DNA of 63,916 bases, the filler included, from Basidioascus undulatus (taxonomy: Eukaryota), in NCBI GenBank assembly GCA_000826855.1. It is 3 parts of 3 records of this genome, joined end to end, with 100 filler letters (N's around TTAATTAATTAA, not from the genome) between each part and the next. Parts side by side here need not be neighbours in the genome. Positions count along the whole stretch, not along the records: positions 1 to 21,330 come from JTLS01000334.1; 2 more parts are not named here. The stretch is one strand, 5' to 3'. Made by a program: the position numbers and the translations under genes. This document shows positions 1 to 11,603 of this stretch, piece after piece. Each line of letters opens with the position of its first letter. Positions within the stretch are counted from its first letter, which is position 1. A model generated the notes under the pieces. The model worked only from the letters and a program-made list of their open reading frames with translations, was not told the origin of the DNA and searched no databases.

Positions 1-2
1 TT

Positions 3-2301
3 AAAGGCGGCGCATCGGGCTTGATGACGCTTCCAATCTCGTTCTCGCGCATGCCCTCCTCAAGCGTGCTGGACGAGTTCGACACGCGTCCTGGATCCAC
101 GCGCAACATCGTCGAGCTCTCTTTCCCCGTCCAGGGCGAGCGCGCCTGGGAGCCTCGCGACGTACTCGCCCAACTTCAGCCGTTCGGCGCCGAGCTCATC
201 CCCCCTGGCGTTGCCAACGCCGGGCGCGATATGGCGGCGCGGGACCTACTCGATGTGAGCGCCCGCACGATCGCGTGCGCGGCGTGCTGCATTCCCGTTC
301 TCGTCCTAGCTTGGGCGAAACTGCCGGAGAGGCCTCACTTGTACGGCGGCGTCTCGGTCGGCTTGACGACGGCGATCCAGCTCATCGCGTACCCGATCCT
401 CTCCTCGGCTGTGCGCTCCATCGTCTACCTCCGCCAAGGGGACATGAGCGTCCTCGTCGCGGTCAGCACGCTCACGGCCTACGTCTTTTCGGTCGTCGCG
501 TATGCCTTCCAAGTCGCCGGCCAGCAATTCTCCGAGCCCTTCTTCGAGACTAGCGCGCTCCTCGTCACGCTCATCTTCCTCGGGCGCACCATCCAGGCCG
601 CCACGCGTCGCTCGACCGGCTCGGCCATCCGCGAGCTCCAGAAACTCCAGACAACCTTGGTCACTTTGGTGACGGACTCCCCGGCCCCAGCCCAGACGCT
701 CGACGCCCGGCTTCTGCACTACGGGGACGTCGTGCGCATCTCGCCCGACACGCGCATCGCTACCGACGGCGTCGTCATCAGCGGCTCAAGCGACGTCGAC
801 GAGTCGTCCGTGACGGGCGAGAGCGTTGCAGTGCCGAAGCACCACGGGAGTCATCGCGGGCACGCTCAACCTCGGCGGGACGCTCGACGTGCAGGTCACG
901 CAGCTCGTGCACGAGAACTCGCTCGCGCGCATCACGGCGCTCGTCAGGCAGGCTCAGTCGTCGCGCTCGCCCGTGCAGGACCTCGCGGACAGGCTCTCGG
1001 CTATCATCCTCCCTGTCGCGGCAGCTTCGGCCGCGATCGCGTTCCTTGTCTGGGTGCTTGTCAACCGCTTCGTTAGAGACCGCTCGGCTACTAGGTCGTC
1101 GGTCGACGCTCTCACGTATGCGATCGCCGTCCTCGTGCTCAGCTGCCCTTGCGCACTTGGTCTTGCTGTGCGTGTTTTTTTCTGTTTTGTCCACTCGTCC
1201 CCCTTCCACCAGCCTTTTTCTCATCCAACTGAGATCGTCTTTTGCATGCAGGTCCCCATGGTCATCTCGGTCGCGATGCGCATCAGCATCCGCGAAGGCG
1301 TGCTGTTCCGGTCCGCCGATGCTCTGCAAACGGCGCACAGGGTCAGCGCCGTAGTGTTCGACAAGACGGGCACACTCACTCAGGGCCTCTTCTCGACCGA
1401 GCACGCCAAGATTCTAGTCGAAGGCGCCGAGGGGATTGTCCGCGCGCTCGTGAAGGACAACAAGCACCCTATCTCGCAGGGCGTGCTGCGCTACCTCGAC
1501 AGCCACGCTACAGCCGCACCGTCAAGGGCTGTCACGGACGTCGTGTCGCTTCCAGGCAAGGGAATCAAGGCGTCGCTCTCTGGCTACCCGCTCCTTGGCG
1601 GCAGCTCGACCTTCACCGGCCCGTACACCCACCCGTTCGCACAGGAGCTCCTCACCTCCGGCCTGACCCTCTTCACCGTCACGCTCGCCGGCAAGCCCAT
1701 CGCGCTCTTCGGCCTCGCCGACACGCCGCGGCCCGAGTCGGCTGCACTCGTGGCCGAACTCGCTCGGCGCGGCAAGGACGTCATGATCCTCAGCGGCGAC
1801 ACGCCTGCCGCCGTGGAGCGTCTCGCAGACGCAGTCGGGATTCCGCTCGCTAAAGCACACGCATCCTGCACGCCCTCCGACAAAAACACCATGATCACTG
1901 CGCTCCAGGCTGCCGGTCAGCGTGTCTGCTTCGTCGGCGATGGGATGAACGATGGGCCAGCCCTCTCGTGTGCTGACGTGGCACTCGCCGTCAGCGGAGG
2001 GTCAGACGTAGCGCTCACGGCAGCGGGTGTGGTCCTCCTCGGCTCTGACCTCCGTCGTGGTGTTCTGACACTCCTGGATGTTGCGTCTGCGGTGCATCTG
2101 CACACAAGCTGGGCGCTCACGTGGTGCATCCTCTATAACATCTTTGCGATCCTCTTCGCATCAGGTGCACTCGTCAGTGTGCGCATCGAGCCACGTTGGG
2201 CGGGTCTGGGTGAGGTCATCAGTGTCCTGCCTGTCGTTGCTGTTGGGTATGGGATGGAGGCACGCTGGGCTTGGGGGAAGATCAGGGCGGGAAGGACATG
2301 A
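3..2301 (+). CDS. PCA1: P1B-type heavy-metal (Cd/Cu) transporting ATPase, Pca1-like; 5'-truncated by the contig start, with a frameshift at ~849
   Basis: Motifs YFETS-like PFFETS, DESSVTGES (A-domain), SCPCALGLA (CPC), DKTGT, KHP, LSGD, GDGMND and YN in TM7. The C-terminal WAGLGEVISVLPVV helix is characteristic of Pca1-type pumps. In-frame GT-AG intron at 1168-1251. The frame is open back to position 3. The frame switches between VPKHHG (ORF 21..1076) and VIAGTLN (ORF 826..2301). Confidence 0.88.
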
Positions 2302-3569
2302 TGGATGGCTGCCCAGACCGTGTGACAGTCCAAATAAGGAGATAACTCATTTTAGTCCCTTTTTCCCTTAGACTTTACCTGACTTCTTGATGTCCTTCTG
2401 CTTGAGCCACCTTGACCAATTTTCTCCGCGCTCCTCCCACCATTCTAAACTTCGTTGTAGGCTTGTCTTGCTTGGCTCTCATCGCTACCCTCTCCCCTCT
2501 TTCTCCTCTCGCACTGACTCTTACACACCACTCACACATCTGCTGTACCACAATCAATTGAGAGATGAAAGTAAGAATTGGTCTGCTGCAATACCCTGGC
2601 AAGAGTGAGTGCGGCAGTCTTCAGTGCTTGTGTAGCAGGTGATTTGCAGATCTGGTCTGGAAGAAGGGCTCCCTAGGCAGACTGTAACCGTACACACTGC
2701 ATGGCAGCTGGTCCTACCTGATGGTCTACAGAGTAGTAGCAATTGGTTGCTGCTTGAGCACTTTAGCTGAACTGGGTGAAAACAGGTTCAGGAGTTGGTG
2801 GGCAGCTTGGCTACACAAAATGAAACGACAGGTTGCACAGTATGTTGTCATGCTCAAGGGAAATGGCCAGCCAGATACACACCTAAAAGTACCAGTTGGT
2901 GTTAGTTCCAGCCTCACATCCATGTAGAGCCACTCTCTGATCCAGCAGCTCAAGCTTCGGCATTCTGGATTGCCTGCTCAATGACCTGCATGGCACAGAT
3001 GATGCCCTGGTTGTCCCACTTCTGGCAATGATCTGCAGCCCCAGCAGCACATTCTCAAACACTTCTGGCTTGTCTACATCCCAGCGCAGGCTGTCAGTCA
3101 ACTTTGCCTTGCTTGGGAAGAGAGATAGGTGTAAGGAAGAGGAAGTGGTGTGCACAGGCTTCGTGCTTCACCCTATCGAACTTGCTCAGTGGAATAAAGT
3201 CCGTCGCGACGGGTCGAGTGCCGTGGACAAGCTGAGTGGCATGGGGAAAACAGCATGGGGGTAGTCAAGCATGTTGAAGACAGTGGTGTAGCCCCAGTAT
3301 TTACTGTATATCACAATAGGTATGTAAGGGAAGGGGGAGGGGTAGAGGATGAGAACGGCACACACGCAGTGTTGTTGTGTTGTAAGGCCACAGCTATGTT
3401 GGGCCGGGCATGGGCCCGCGTTCCTGGTTCTGCCGCCAACTGCGGACGAATATTTAGTCGTATGTCTTCTCTTTCTTTCCTGTTTTTCCTCACACTTGTA
3501 CTCTTTGTTACGCTTGCGATACGCCGCATAGCAGTTGCTATTAGTGTTCTATGAGACGCAATAGACAGG

Positions 3570-4830
3570 TGTCTCATGAGGTCTACGGGACCTTTCACGT
3601 GTGCCGCTGCAGGGCTGGGGCGAGCGGGACAGAGCAGGACGTCGAATCCGCCTCTGTTCCCGTGCTTGAGATATGCCCTCCGCTATTGGTGCGCGGTAGT
3701 GGGGGTGGCCCCCGGTCAGCATTTTACTCTGGACAATGGGAGAGGTGAAAGGACTGATGTAGTCGTTGCGGGCCATGGTGGCCTGAGGAGGAGGGGTCAA
3801 AGTCATTCAGTGCCAGACAGCCAGGGATGGGATCAGATGGGGAGGAATGACCTACTGCCCACATGTCATGCATGGTGTTCCCATGCGGCCTGGAGCACAC
3901 ACTCAGGCAGTGGCAGGAGCGGCTCGCCTGATGCAGCAAGGATGCTCCGCAGCCGTGAGCCGCCGTCCTGGTAGTACAGTCCGCGCTACCACCAGCCTAC
4001 ATAGGGCCAGTCAGTTCGTCATCCCTGTCTGGTAGAGGAGCGTGGCTTACGATGATTTAGTAACCCTTCATGTGGTCCCGCCCCTGCCACTCGACAAGCT
4101 TGACCTTATCTCCCGCACTGCGCAGGCGGTCAATGGCACACACCAGCGCCCGCCGGACAGGAGGCTGCGGGCGGACAACACCGTCGTGGCGCATCGCACC
4201 AACGCAGAGCTTGCGGCTCTCGCGCTCCCACGCGCCTTCAGGTGTCCAGGGCTTGTCAATGAGCAACGGGTCGATGCGGTGCAATGCCGCGGACAGAATC
4301 AGGGACATGAAGAGTTCAAGGTCCCGAATGGAGAGCGCCATCTTTCGGGTGGGGTAGGAGTATCAGTATACAGGAAACTGAAGCTGACGGTGGGCGAAGA
4401 ACGCACAGGACCGGCGACGCCGATGATGGATTTGCGGCCCGGCATTGTCTGAATTATGGGTGGTCCAGCAAGACAAAAACGCAAGGCCACAATCTTCAGC
4501 ACGCACTGCACCGGAGCCTCCGTCCGGAACGCGCCTCCACATCAGGCGCAGCGTGTAGATCGCCGCAAGTTGCAGCGGGCGAGCTGACTGACAGGGGAAC
4601 ATCAGTGAGCTGGACCAGGCCCTGTTGAACAGGGAGCGCGTGGGACGCACTGACCGGAACCGCCAATGTCGGCTGGTGGGAAGCGGAGCGCCGGGTCAGA
4701 AAGCTGCCATGAGGCGGGTGCACATACATGGTCCAACAACTCACTGCCGAAGCCGAGCGGGGAGCTAAGCATCGCGATCAGAGCGCCGTCTCTCGGTTCT
4801 CTGGATGGTGAGCTCCGTTTCGGATACTCT
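3570..4830 (-). pseudogene. Amidase-signature (AmdS/acetamidase-like) pseudogene
   Basis: Fragments in several frames: GALIAMLSSPLGFG/T-DIGGS, SPAATCG, KSIIGVAGP/MALSIRDLELFM, KLCVGAMRHDGVVRPQPPVRRAL and DGGSRLRSILAASGEPLLPL. The GGSSGG motif is destroyed, the frames are interrupted and no 5' part is visible. Confidence 0.75.
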
Positions 4831-4974
4831 AGCGCGGGAAAGCCAGCTCGGTCTGCATCCTCCGCTCGCGCGGGTGTCCTGCAGCGATGTCGTGCGCGGT
4901 TTGTAAGAAAGGCGACGGACAAGCCGTCCCTGCGATCTCAGCCCAAGCGCAGCCCTCCAATCTGTAGCGCTCGA

Positions 4975-6361
4975 TCATCCACCCACCTCCGTCCCCTCCT
5001 CCTCCCCAACCCGATGCCGCTCATCAAACCAAAAATTAACACTGGCACTCTTCTCCAGACTCCTAACCGCATGCCACACCCCCCTAGGGACCCAAACCGC
5101 CTCCCCCTCCCCCACCTCAACCTCCCACCTCCGCACGCCCCGCATCTCCTCCCACCCGCGCAGCTCCTCCTCGCTCCTCGGCCAATCCCCCGGAAACCGA
5201 CTCGTGTTCCGCAGCACGCTGTTCTGCGGGTGTAGGTAGAGTTTCGGAGCGGCGGAGGGGGGCGCGAGCGTGAGGCGCTTGCGCCCGAGAAGCTGGATGA
5301 AGAGGTTGGGGAGGGGGTCGCGGTGCAGGGGGGTTAGGGTATGGGCGGGACCGAGCCACAAATTGGTTTGGGGACGGAAGGGGGCGAGGTGCGGGAGAGG
5401 CGGGAGGTGGGTGGAGAGGGTGGGTATCTGGGGCAAGGGAAGTGAGCGCGGATAGGAAGGGTGCGGAAGGCGACGCACGGAGGAGAGGAGGTCATGCTGC
5501 GCTAGATCTGTGGGGGAGGTGTGAGTAGGGTGTAAGTGGAGAGGGGAAGAAGGAGGACACACAGCCTCGGATGTTGAAGTCGGGCGAGGAGGGGATGCGG
5601 TCGAGCATGAACGTGTCTAGGAATAATCCTTCCATCCCACAACATAAGCCCACACCTTCACTCCCCCAATCAGAAAGGAAACACGCACCAAAAGGCATGT
5701 CAACCCTCCTCCACCCCTCCGCCTCCCCATCCCCCACAACTCCCCTCCCGCCATCCGCATTATACCCCCGCCCGCCCTTCTGGAGCTCAACGGGGATGAG
5801 CACGCCATCGCTCTCGGGCGTGCGCAGCGCTGTAAAGTTCCGCCAACGCTTGATCGTATCGAGCCATTCCAGCGGCAGGAAGTCGGTTAGGTGCAGGGGG
5901 ACCGGGGAGATGATTACGTCGGAGAGGAAGGTCGCGGGCGTGGGGGCGCGGATGGCTTGGATGGGAAGCGCGGCGGGGATGGGGGCGGAGGTGGAGAGGC
6001 GGCGAGGGGTGGTGGGGATGGGGACTGAAGGAAGGAGTTGACCTCGAAGGAGAGGGAGAGAGGAAGGGGGGAGAAGACGCACGAGCTCGCTGGCGGCTGC
6101 ACGCTCGAGGTTGAAGCCGAATGACCATGATCGTGAACGCTTGTAATATCGCCTGTCACGGTTGTGGTCTTGACCAGGAGGTGGTTGTGGGAAGCGAAGA
6201 TGGGGCAAGAGAAGACGCGATGATGAAAGAAGGCACTGCGCAAGCGCTGACACGTGAATGCGAGCGCGCCTGCTTTTGCTTTTGTCGTCGCAACGGGTCC
6301 ACATGCAGCTGCATCTCAGCCGCTTGCCACTGTTCTCATGTTGAGTTTCCGCAGGAGACAT
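4975..6361 (-). CDS. JmjC/Cupin_8 2-oxoglutarate Fe(II) oxygenase (JMJD5/KDM8-like); multi-exon, start uncertain
   Basis: Contains (Y)LAQHDLL, NLWLGPAHTLTPLHRDPLPNLFIQLLGRKR (HxD) and EGEAVWVPRGVWHAVRSLEKSASVNFWF (distal His). Upstream exons carry IPVEL and GLFLDTFML with GT-AG introns. Confidence 0.85.
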
Positions 6362-6585
6362 GCGAACAAACGTTTAGCAGTCACGGTGAATGAAGGCGCG
6401 AGTAAGTGCCGCGTGCGCCTGAATCACCCTTTCATCTTGATGCGAAGCAGGTGTTTTAGGGGAAGCTGCACACGGGCACACCACTCATGTACGTACTATA
6501 CTTTTATAATGGATGATGCATCGTCGAAATGCGACGAGCGTCTTCCTCACCCTGCCCTCAACCTCTCCGCCCCCTCATCCTCATC

Positions 6586-7600
6586 ATGTCCCCTCCCGAA
6601 CTACCGCTCGACGCAATCCACCACATCCTCCCTCACCTATCCTCCAACGCCGCGCAAGCATCCACAAGCGACTCCTACTCTCTCTCACTCCGGACCTTCT
6701 CCCTCACCCTCGTCTCGCGGTCCCTACGCGCCCTCGCCCTCCCCTTCCTCTACTCCGACCTGTCTTTCGGGCCGCGTCAGGCAGGGCACCGCGCCGCCCT
6801 CCTCTTCGTGCGCACAGTTGAGGGCACCCCCTCGCACGGGCGCTACACCAAGCGGCTCCGGCTAGACTCGCACAACTGGCCTAACGCAGACTGGGCCCAG
6901 GGGGGGAGGTGGACGCTCTCGCGCACGCCGCGCTCGTCGAGCGCATCCTCCGCGCGACGCCCAAACTCAATGACTCGACATTGAGCTCTCTCCGCGGACG
7001 TTCCCGCCCTCGTCTTTTCCCCCGCTCCCGAAGCTCCAGTCCGTCCACATCAAATGGCACGGCGGCGACGAGCGCCCCTCCCCTCCCATCGACACCTGGC
7101 GGGCGGGCTTATGTCCCTCAAGGCCATAGCGAGCTTCATCCAGACCGGGAGCTGCGCCACCTCCTCCGCGGCTCGGAGGAGAGCGTGCGCATGCTCGGCT
7201 TGCCGTGCAGGTACGGTCTGGAGCGGAGCAAGGCCCTTCTCCGCGACTTCAACGGGCTCGGGGGGCCTTGCTGTCTCTAGAATGCTGGCCTCGTCACCAC
7301 AGGATCTCCTCCCCTTCTGCCCCGCGCTGCAGTAGCTCGCGCTGTACGGGGCGGCGGCGCCGAAGCGGCCCTTCCTGAAGGGGCTGAAACACCTCCAGCT
7401 CTTCCTCTGGCAGTACAGTGACGCGGAGGCGCTGCTCAACTCCGACGCGCTGGAGGTGGAGAGCTTGCAGTGCTTCACGCTCGTCGTCGCTACGCGCACA
7501 AGATTCAACCCGCCCTTGCATCCCACCGATCCGGAGATCGGGCGTGTAAGGGAGAGGTGCAGGTAGAGGGGCATGAGTGCTGGTGGATCAGGAGCCGCAT
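6586..7600 (+). pseudogene. F-box-like/LRR protein pseudogene
   Basis: Begins MSPPELPLDAIHHIL...LTLVSRSLRALALPFLY (F-box-like), followed by LRR-like segments. Frameshift at the G run near 6900; in-frame TAG stops at ~7333 (PALQ*LALY) and ~7564. Confidence 0.6.
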
Positions 7601-8424
7601 GAAGTGCGTGCGCCTTTTTCATCCTTTTTCATTGCGATGCGCTGACTTGAATGCACCCCCACGCAGTGGGAGCAGCCCTTTGAGCTGCCGCTGCGCTTTC
7701 CGAGGCCGTTCTTAGTGCAACGGCCTCCGGGAGGACATGAGCGAGCAGTGGGAGGGCGCGGACTTGTATGTTGGCGACTAGAAGGACGTGCGGAATCGGA
7801 TGGACTGCGTGTACCCTTGGCTGCCTTGGCTGCTGTAGTCTGGACGAAGTGGCACAAGCAGCGGGATGGGCATGGCCACGACACCTCGTCCAACATGTGT
7901 TTTTTCGGATCAGACTCTTCAGTATTGCAAGGCGTCAAGGTACTGCCGTGGTACGGAGCGGAGGTGGTCGGCTGGCTCACGCCTCAGTGTCGGAGGTGCA
8001 GCTCGTTGCATAGGCCATAGCAGCAAAAACTGGTCGTAGAAAACGCCATGAATCATTCTCTGAAAGCACTAAGAAAAAAAACCGGTTCGGGTTCGCCAAG
8101 GTTCGCTTAGTAGGAAGGCCCGCTTGCCATTAGATTGAAGTCGCTGCGTCCAGCAGATACCGGGTGGACACCGTGCAAACTCTACGCTTGGGTGTTTTTC
8201 AGTACCTCTCAGGTTTTTTTTTTTTAACTATACGCGTTGAACAGGCAACAAAACAAGCCTCCCAAAAGCGAAAGCGAGAGAGCCAGATACTTAGTCTTCC
8301 AGCAGCACTGCCTCCGGCCCGGGAGCGCGTCCAAGCCTTGTCCGGCCGCAGCGCAGCCTGTCTGTGCCTTAAACCCCGTCCCTCGAACTCACACGGCGGC
8401 TCACCGCGCCCTCTCGCCACCACG

Positions 8425-11363
8425 ATGCGGCCCACCGACGACGACGACGACGACGCGGCGGGCCCGATCTCTCTCGAGCTGGGGTCCGGCTCTCCCATCG
8501 CGGGGGGGGCGGGGGCGGAGCTCGAGTGGGTCGGGCGCGCGGGCGTGCGCGGGCGGCGGTGGATGCGCATGCCGTTGCTGACGGTCGGGATGCTCGGGCT
8601 GCAGTGGTGCGTTGCTTCTCCTTAAGTTACTTCTGGGAAGGCATCGGGGAGCTCAGATCCGTGGGGCGGGGCACAGCGTATGGAGTATCGAGATGGGCTA
8701 TGGTGCGTCCATGATCCTCATCCTGCGCCGGTAAGATCCCGCCGCGCTGTATACTCACCGCCTTCCCAACGCAGCATCGCCCTACCTCCTCTCCCTCGGG
8801 CTCTCAAAGTCGTCCATGTCCATAGTGTTCGTCGCAGGCCCGCTCTCCGGGCTAATCATGCAGCCCATCATCGGTCCGTAGCTGCCCTCGGCTTCCTGAA
8901 GTTCCTGCTCACACCTCATCCTTCAGGCATCCTCGCCGACCGCTCGCGCTCCAAGTACGGGCGCCGGAGACCCTTTATGATCGCTGGATGCGCGGTGTGC
9001 GCGACTGGGATCCTCCTTCTCGGGTTTACGCGCGAGGTCGCGGGGTGGGTGCTGGAGAGAGGGACGGAGCCGGTACGTCGTCTTTACTTTCGCTTGCCCT
9101 CTGTCCTCCTTCCTAGAGTATCACAGTCCGGGCTGAAGTGTATCGAGGGACACGCTCTTGCTACTGGAACAGCACGACCGCCTCACCATTGCGCTGGCTG
9201 TGTTCGCCATTTATCTCATCGACTTCAGCATAAACGCAGGTTCGTTTATCGCTGCATCGCCCACATCGCAGGATGATTTCTCAAGCATGAATACGGAGCA
9301 GTCCAAGCCGTCGACCGCGCGCTCGTAGTCGACACCCTACGGCCCTCGCAGCAAGAATCTGGCAACGCGTGGGCCGGGCGGATGTTCGGCCTCGGCAGCG
9401 TCGCCGGGTTCTTCGTGTGCGTCTGCATTCCCTCTTCCACACATCCCCTCCTCTTTCTTAGCTTCCAGATAATCCCTTTGCTTGGGCTGGGACACGTGGA
9501 ACTGACAATTCCAATTACCGCACGCACAGCGGAAATATCGACCTCCCCCGTCACATGCCCTGGCTCGGCTCGACCCAGCTCCAAATACTAAGCATCCTCA
9601 CGGCGTCGTTCCTGCTCCTTACGCACGGGATCACGGCGTTCGCGGTCCAAGAGCGTGTGCTGCTGCGCGATCAGTGCGCTCCCCTTCCTCTGTCGTTTTC
9701 TATGTGACCGCTAACTCACCGTTCGGCGCTTTGGTATGCTTTCCGTACAGCTCGGCAAAGGGCTCCGTTATCTTCGGCACAGTCCGGGCGCTCTGGGAGG
9801 CGGCGCGCACACTGCCTCGCCCGATCAGGCAGATCTGCGCGGCACAGTTCTTTGCCTGGATAGGGTGGTTTCCCGTGCTTTTCTGTATGTCCCATCGGTT
9901 CCCCGTCTGCTGTTCTTTCCTTGGCGTTCATGCTAAACGCTCCTCCCAAACTCAGATACTTCGACTGTGCGTACTGTTTCCTTTTTTAAAGGCGTTATCG
10001 TTGCTGACGCCGAAACCCCCAACACAGTATATCGGCGAGCTCTACCTCGGCTCGACGCCGCTGTCCGAATCCGACCCGTCCTCCGCAGACGCAGCGACGC
10101 GCAAAGGCTCACGCGCGCTCTTCTTCCACGCGCTCGTCTCCCTCTCCTCCGCCATCCTCCTCCCCTTCCTCGTCTCTTCATCCTCCTCCTCCTCCTCCTC
10201 CTCCGGATCTTTCACCGAGCACGGCTTCGTCCCCGCCTCCCATTCGCGTTCCCACTCTGCTTTCAGCGAGAACAACTTCCTCTACTCCGGCTGGCGGGAG
10301 TGGGTTCTTCCCACTCTCGAACGGTTCATGCCGACTCTGCCCCTGCCGTATCTCGACCTCTCCCTCCTCTGGACTATCTCTCACGGGCTCTTCGGCGTCT
10401 GCCTCGTCTCGACTATTTTCACCTCGTCCGTAACTACAACCAGCGTCCTCATCGCATTCATCGGCTTCTCGTGGGCTGTCGCTCAGTGGGCACCATTTTC
10501 GCTTGTGCGTCCGCGCCCCTCAGCCACATTCCTAGACTATCTCATTCACCTGCTTACCCCTTGTCCGCGTCTCTGAACCCGTTCACAGCTCGGCGAAGCG
10601 ATCCTCCACGAGTCGCTCACCCTCCGCACGTCCCTGCAAGACGGGATCGCGCTCTCCCCGTGGCACAGCACGGCCATTGGCGGGTCGGAGGAAGACGAGG
10701 AGCGCGCGGCGCTCATGTTCGACGCGGACGCCGACGCCGATGGGGCCGACTCACCCCGCCGAGACTTGAACCACGACGACTTTGTGGGTGGCCTGCCCAT
10801 GGTCACGTATGCGCACGTCGTCGGCACCGCGAATGCGGAGGTGGACGAGCGCAAGCCCCGCCGCGTGCGCGCGCGCTCGGACAGCGTCGCGTCTACCACT
10901 GCGGACAAGGCGGGCGTGTACTTGGGTATCATGAACGTTGCGATCGTCGTGAGTTGCATTCTCCCTTTCTTTGTTTCATCGCGGCCGGGCACTTAATGAC
11001 GGGTCACGTACGGATACAGGTCCCCCAGTTTCTCGTGACGGGCCTGGCGGCGCTCATCTTTGCTTGGGTCGAGCCGCCATCTGCCTTGCCATCAGCACCA
11101 CCCGCGGGGGACGGCGACGGTCCGGCGATGCTGCTGCGTCGGTCACCGGCAGGCGCGCCGACGGGGAGCGTGAATGGGATCGGGTTGGTGATGCGGTGCG
11201 TTTATCTCTCTCTTTTTTAACACACGCTGTGAGACATATACTCACTTTAGAAAAACGGTGCCCGCCGTACAGACTTGGAGGGTTGTCGGCTTTCATCGCG
11301 TGCTGGTTGAGCTGGAGAATGACAAAAGAGCGGCGAAGACGGCGGAGCGCTGCCGGGACTTAG
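8425..11363 (+). CDS. SUT1: MFS/GPH general alpha-glucoside (sucrose/maltose):H+ symporter, Sut1/SLC45-like; multi-exon
   Basis: Spliced motifs GLQC-VWSIEMGY-ASPYLLSLGL, AGPLSGLIMQPII-GILADRSRSKYGRRRPF, DFSINA-VQAVDRALVVD, QFFAWIGWFPVLF-YTST-YIGE, WAPFSL and AGVYLGIMNVAIV-VPQF. ATG at 8425, TAG ending at 11363. Confidence 0.9.
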
Positions 11364-11603
11364 CGTCGTGTTGTTCTCTTTCTCGAACTGCTTTGATTAT
11401 GTTGTTTCGGTGTTGTGGGCTTTTTCGTTGGTTTTCACCCGGGCATGCATGTCTTTCCGTTTCTCGATTCTCGTCTTGGGCGTAACACTAGACTGCACGC
11501 TGCATGTGCACGAACTCTCACATTGCGCTGTGGGTCGGGGACTGCCAATTATGCAGTGGTATAACGACAATTAAGATATGGAAGACCTTCGCAGTGTCCG
11601 ACT

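Noticed and set aside
8080..8110. Three GGTTCG words resembling a tRNA B-box
   Set aside because: No cloverleaf or A-box can be built around them.
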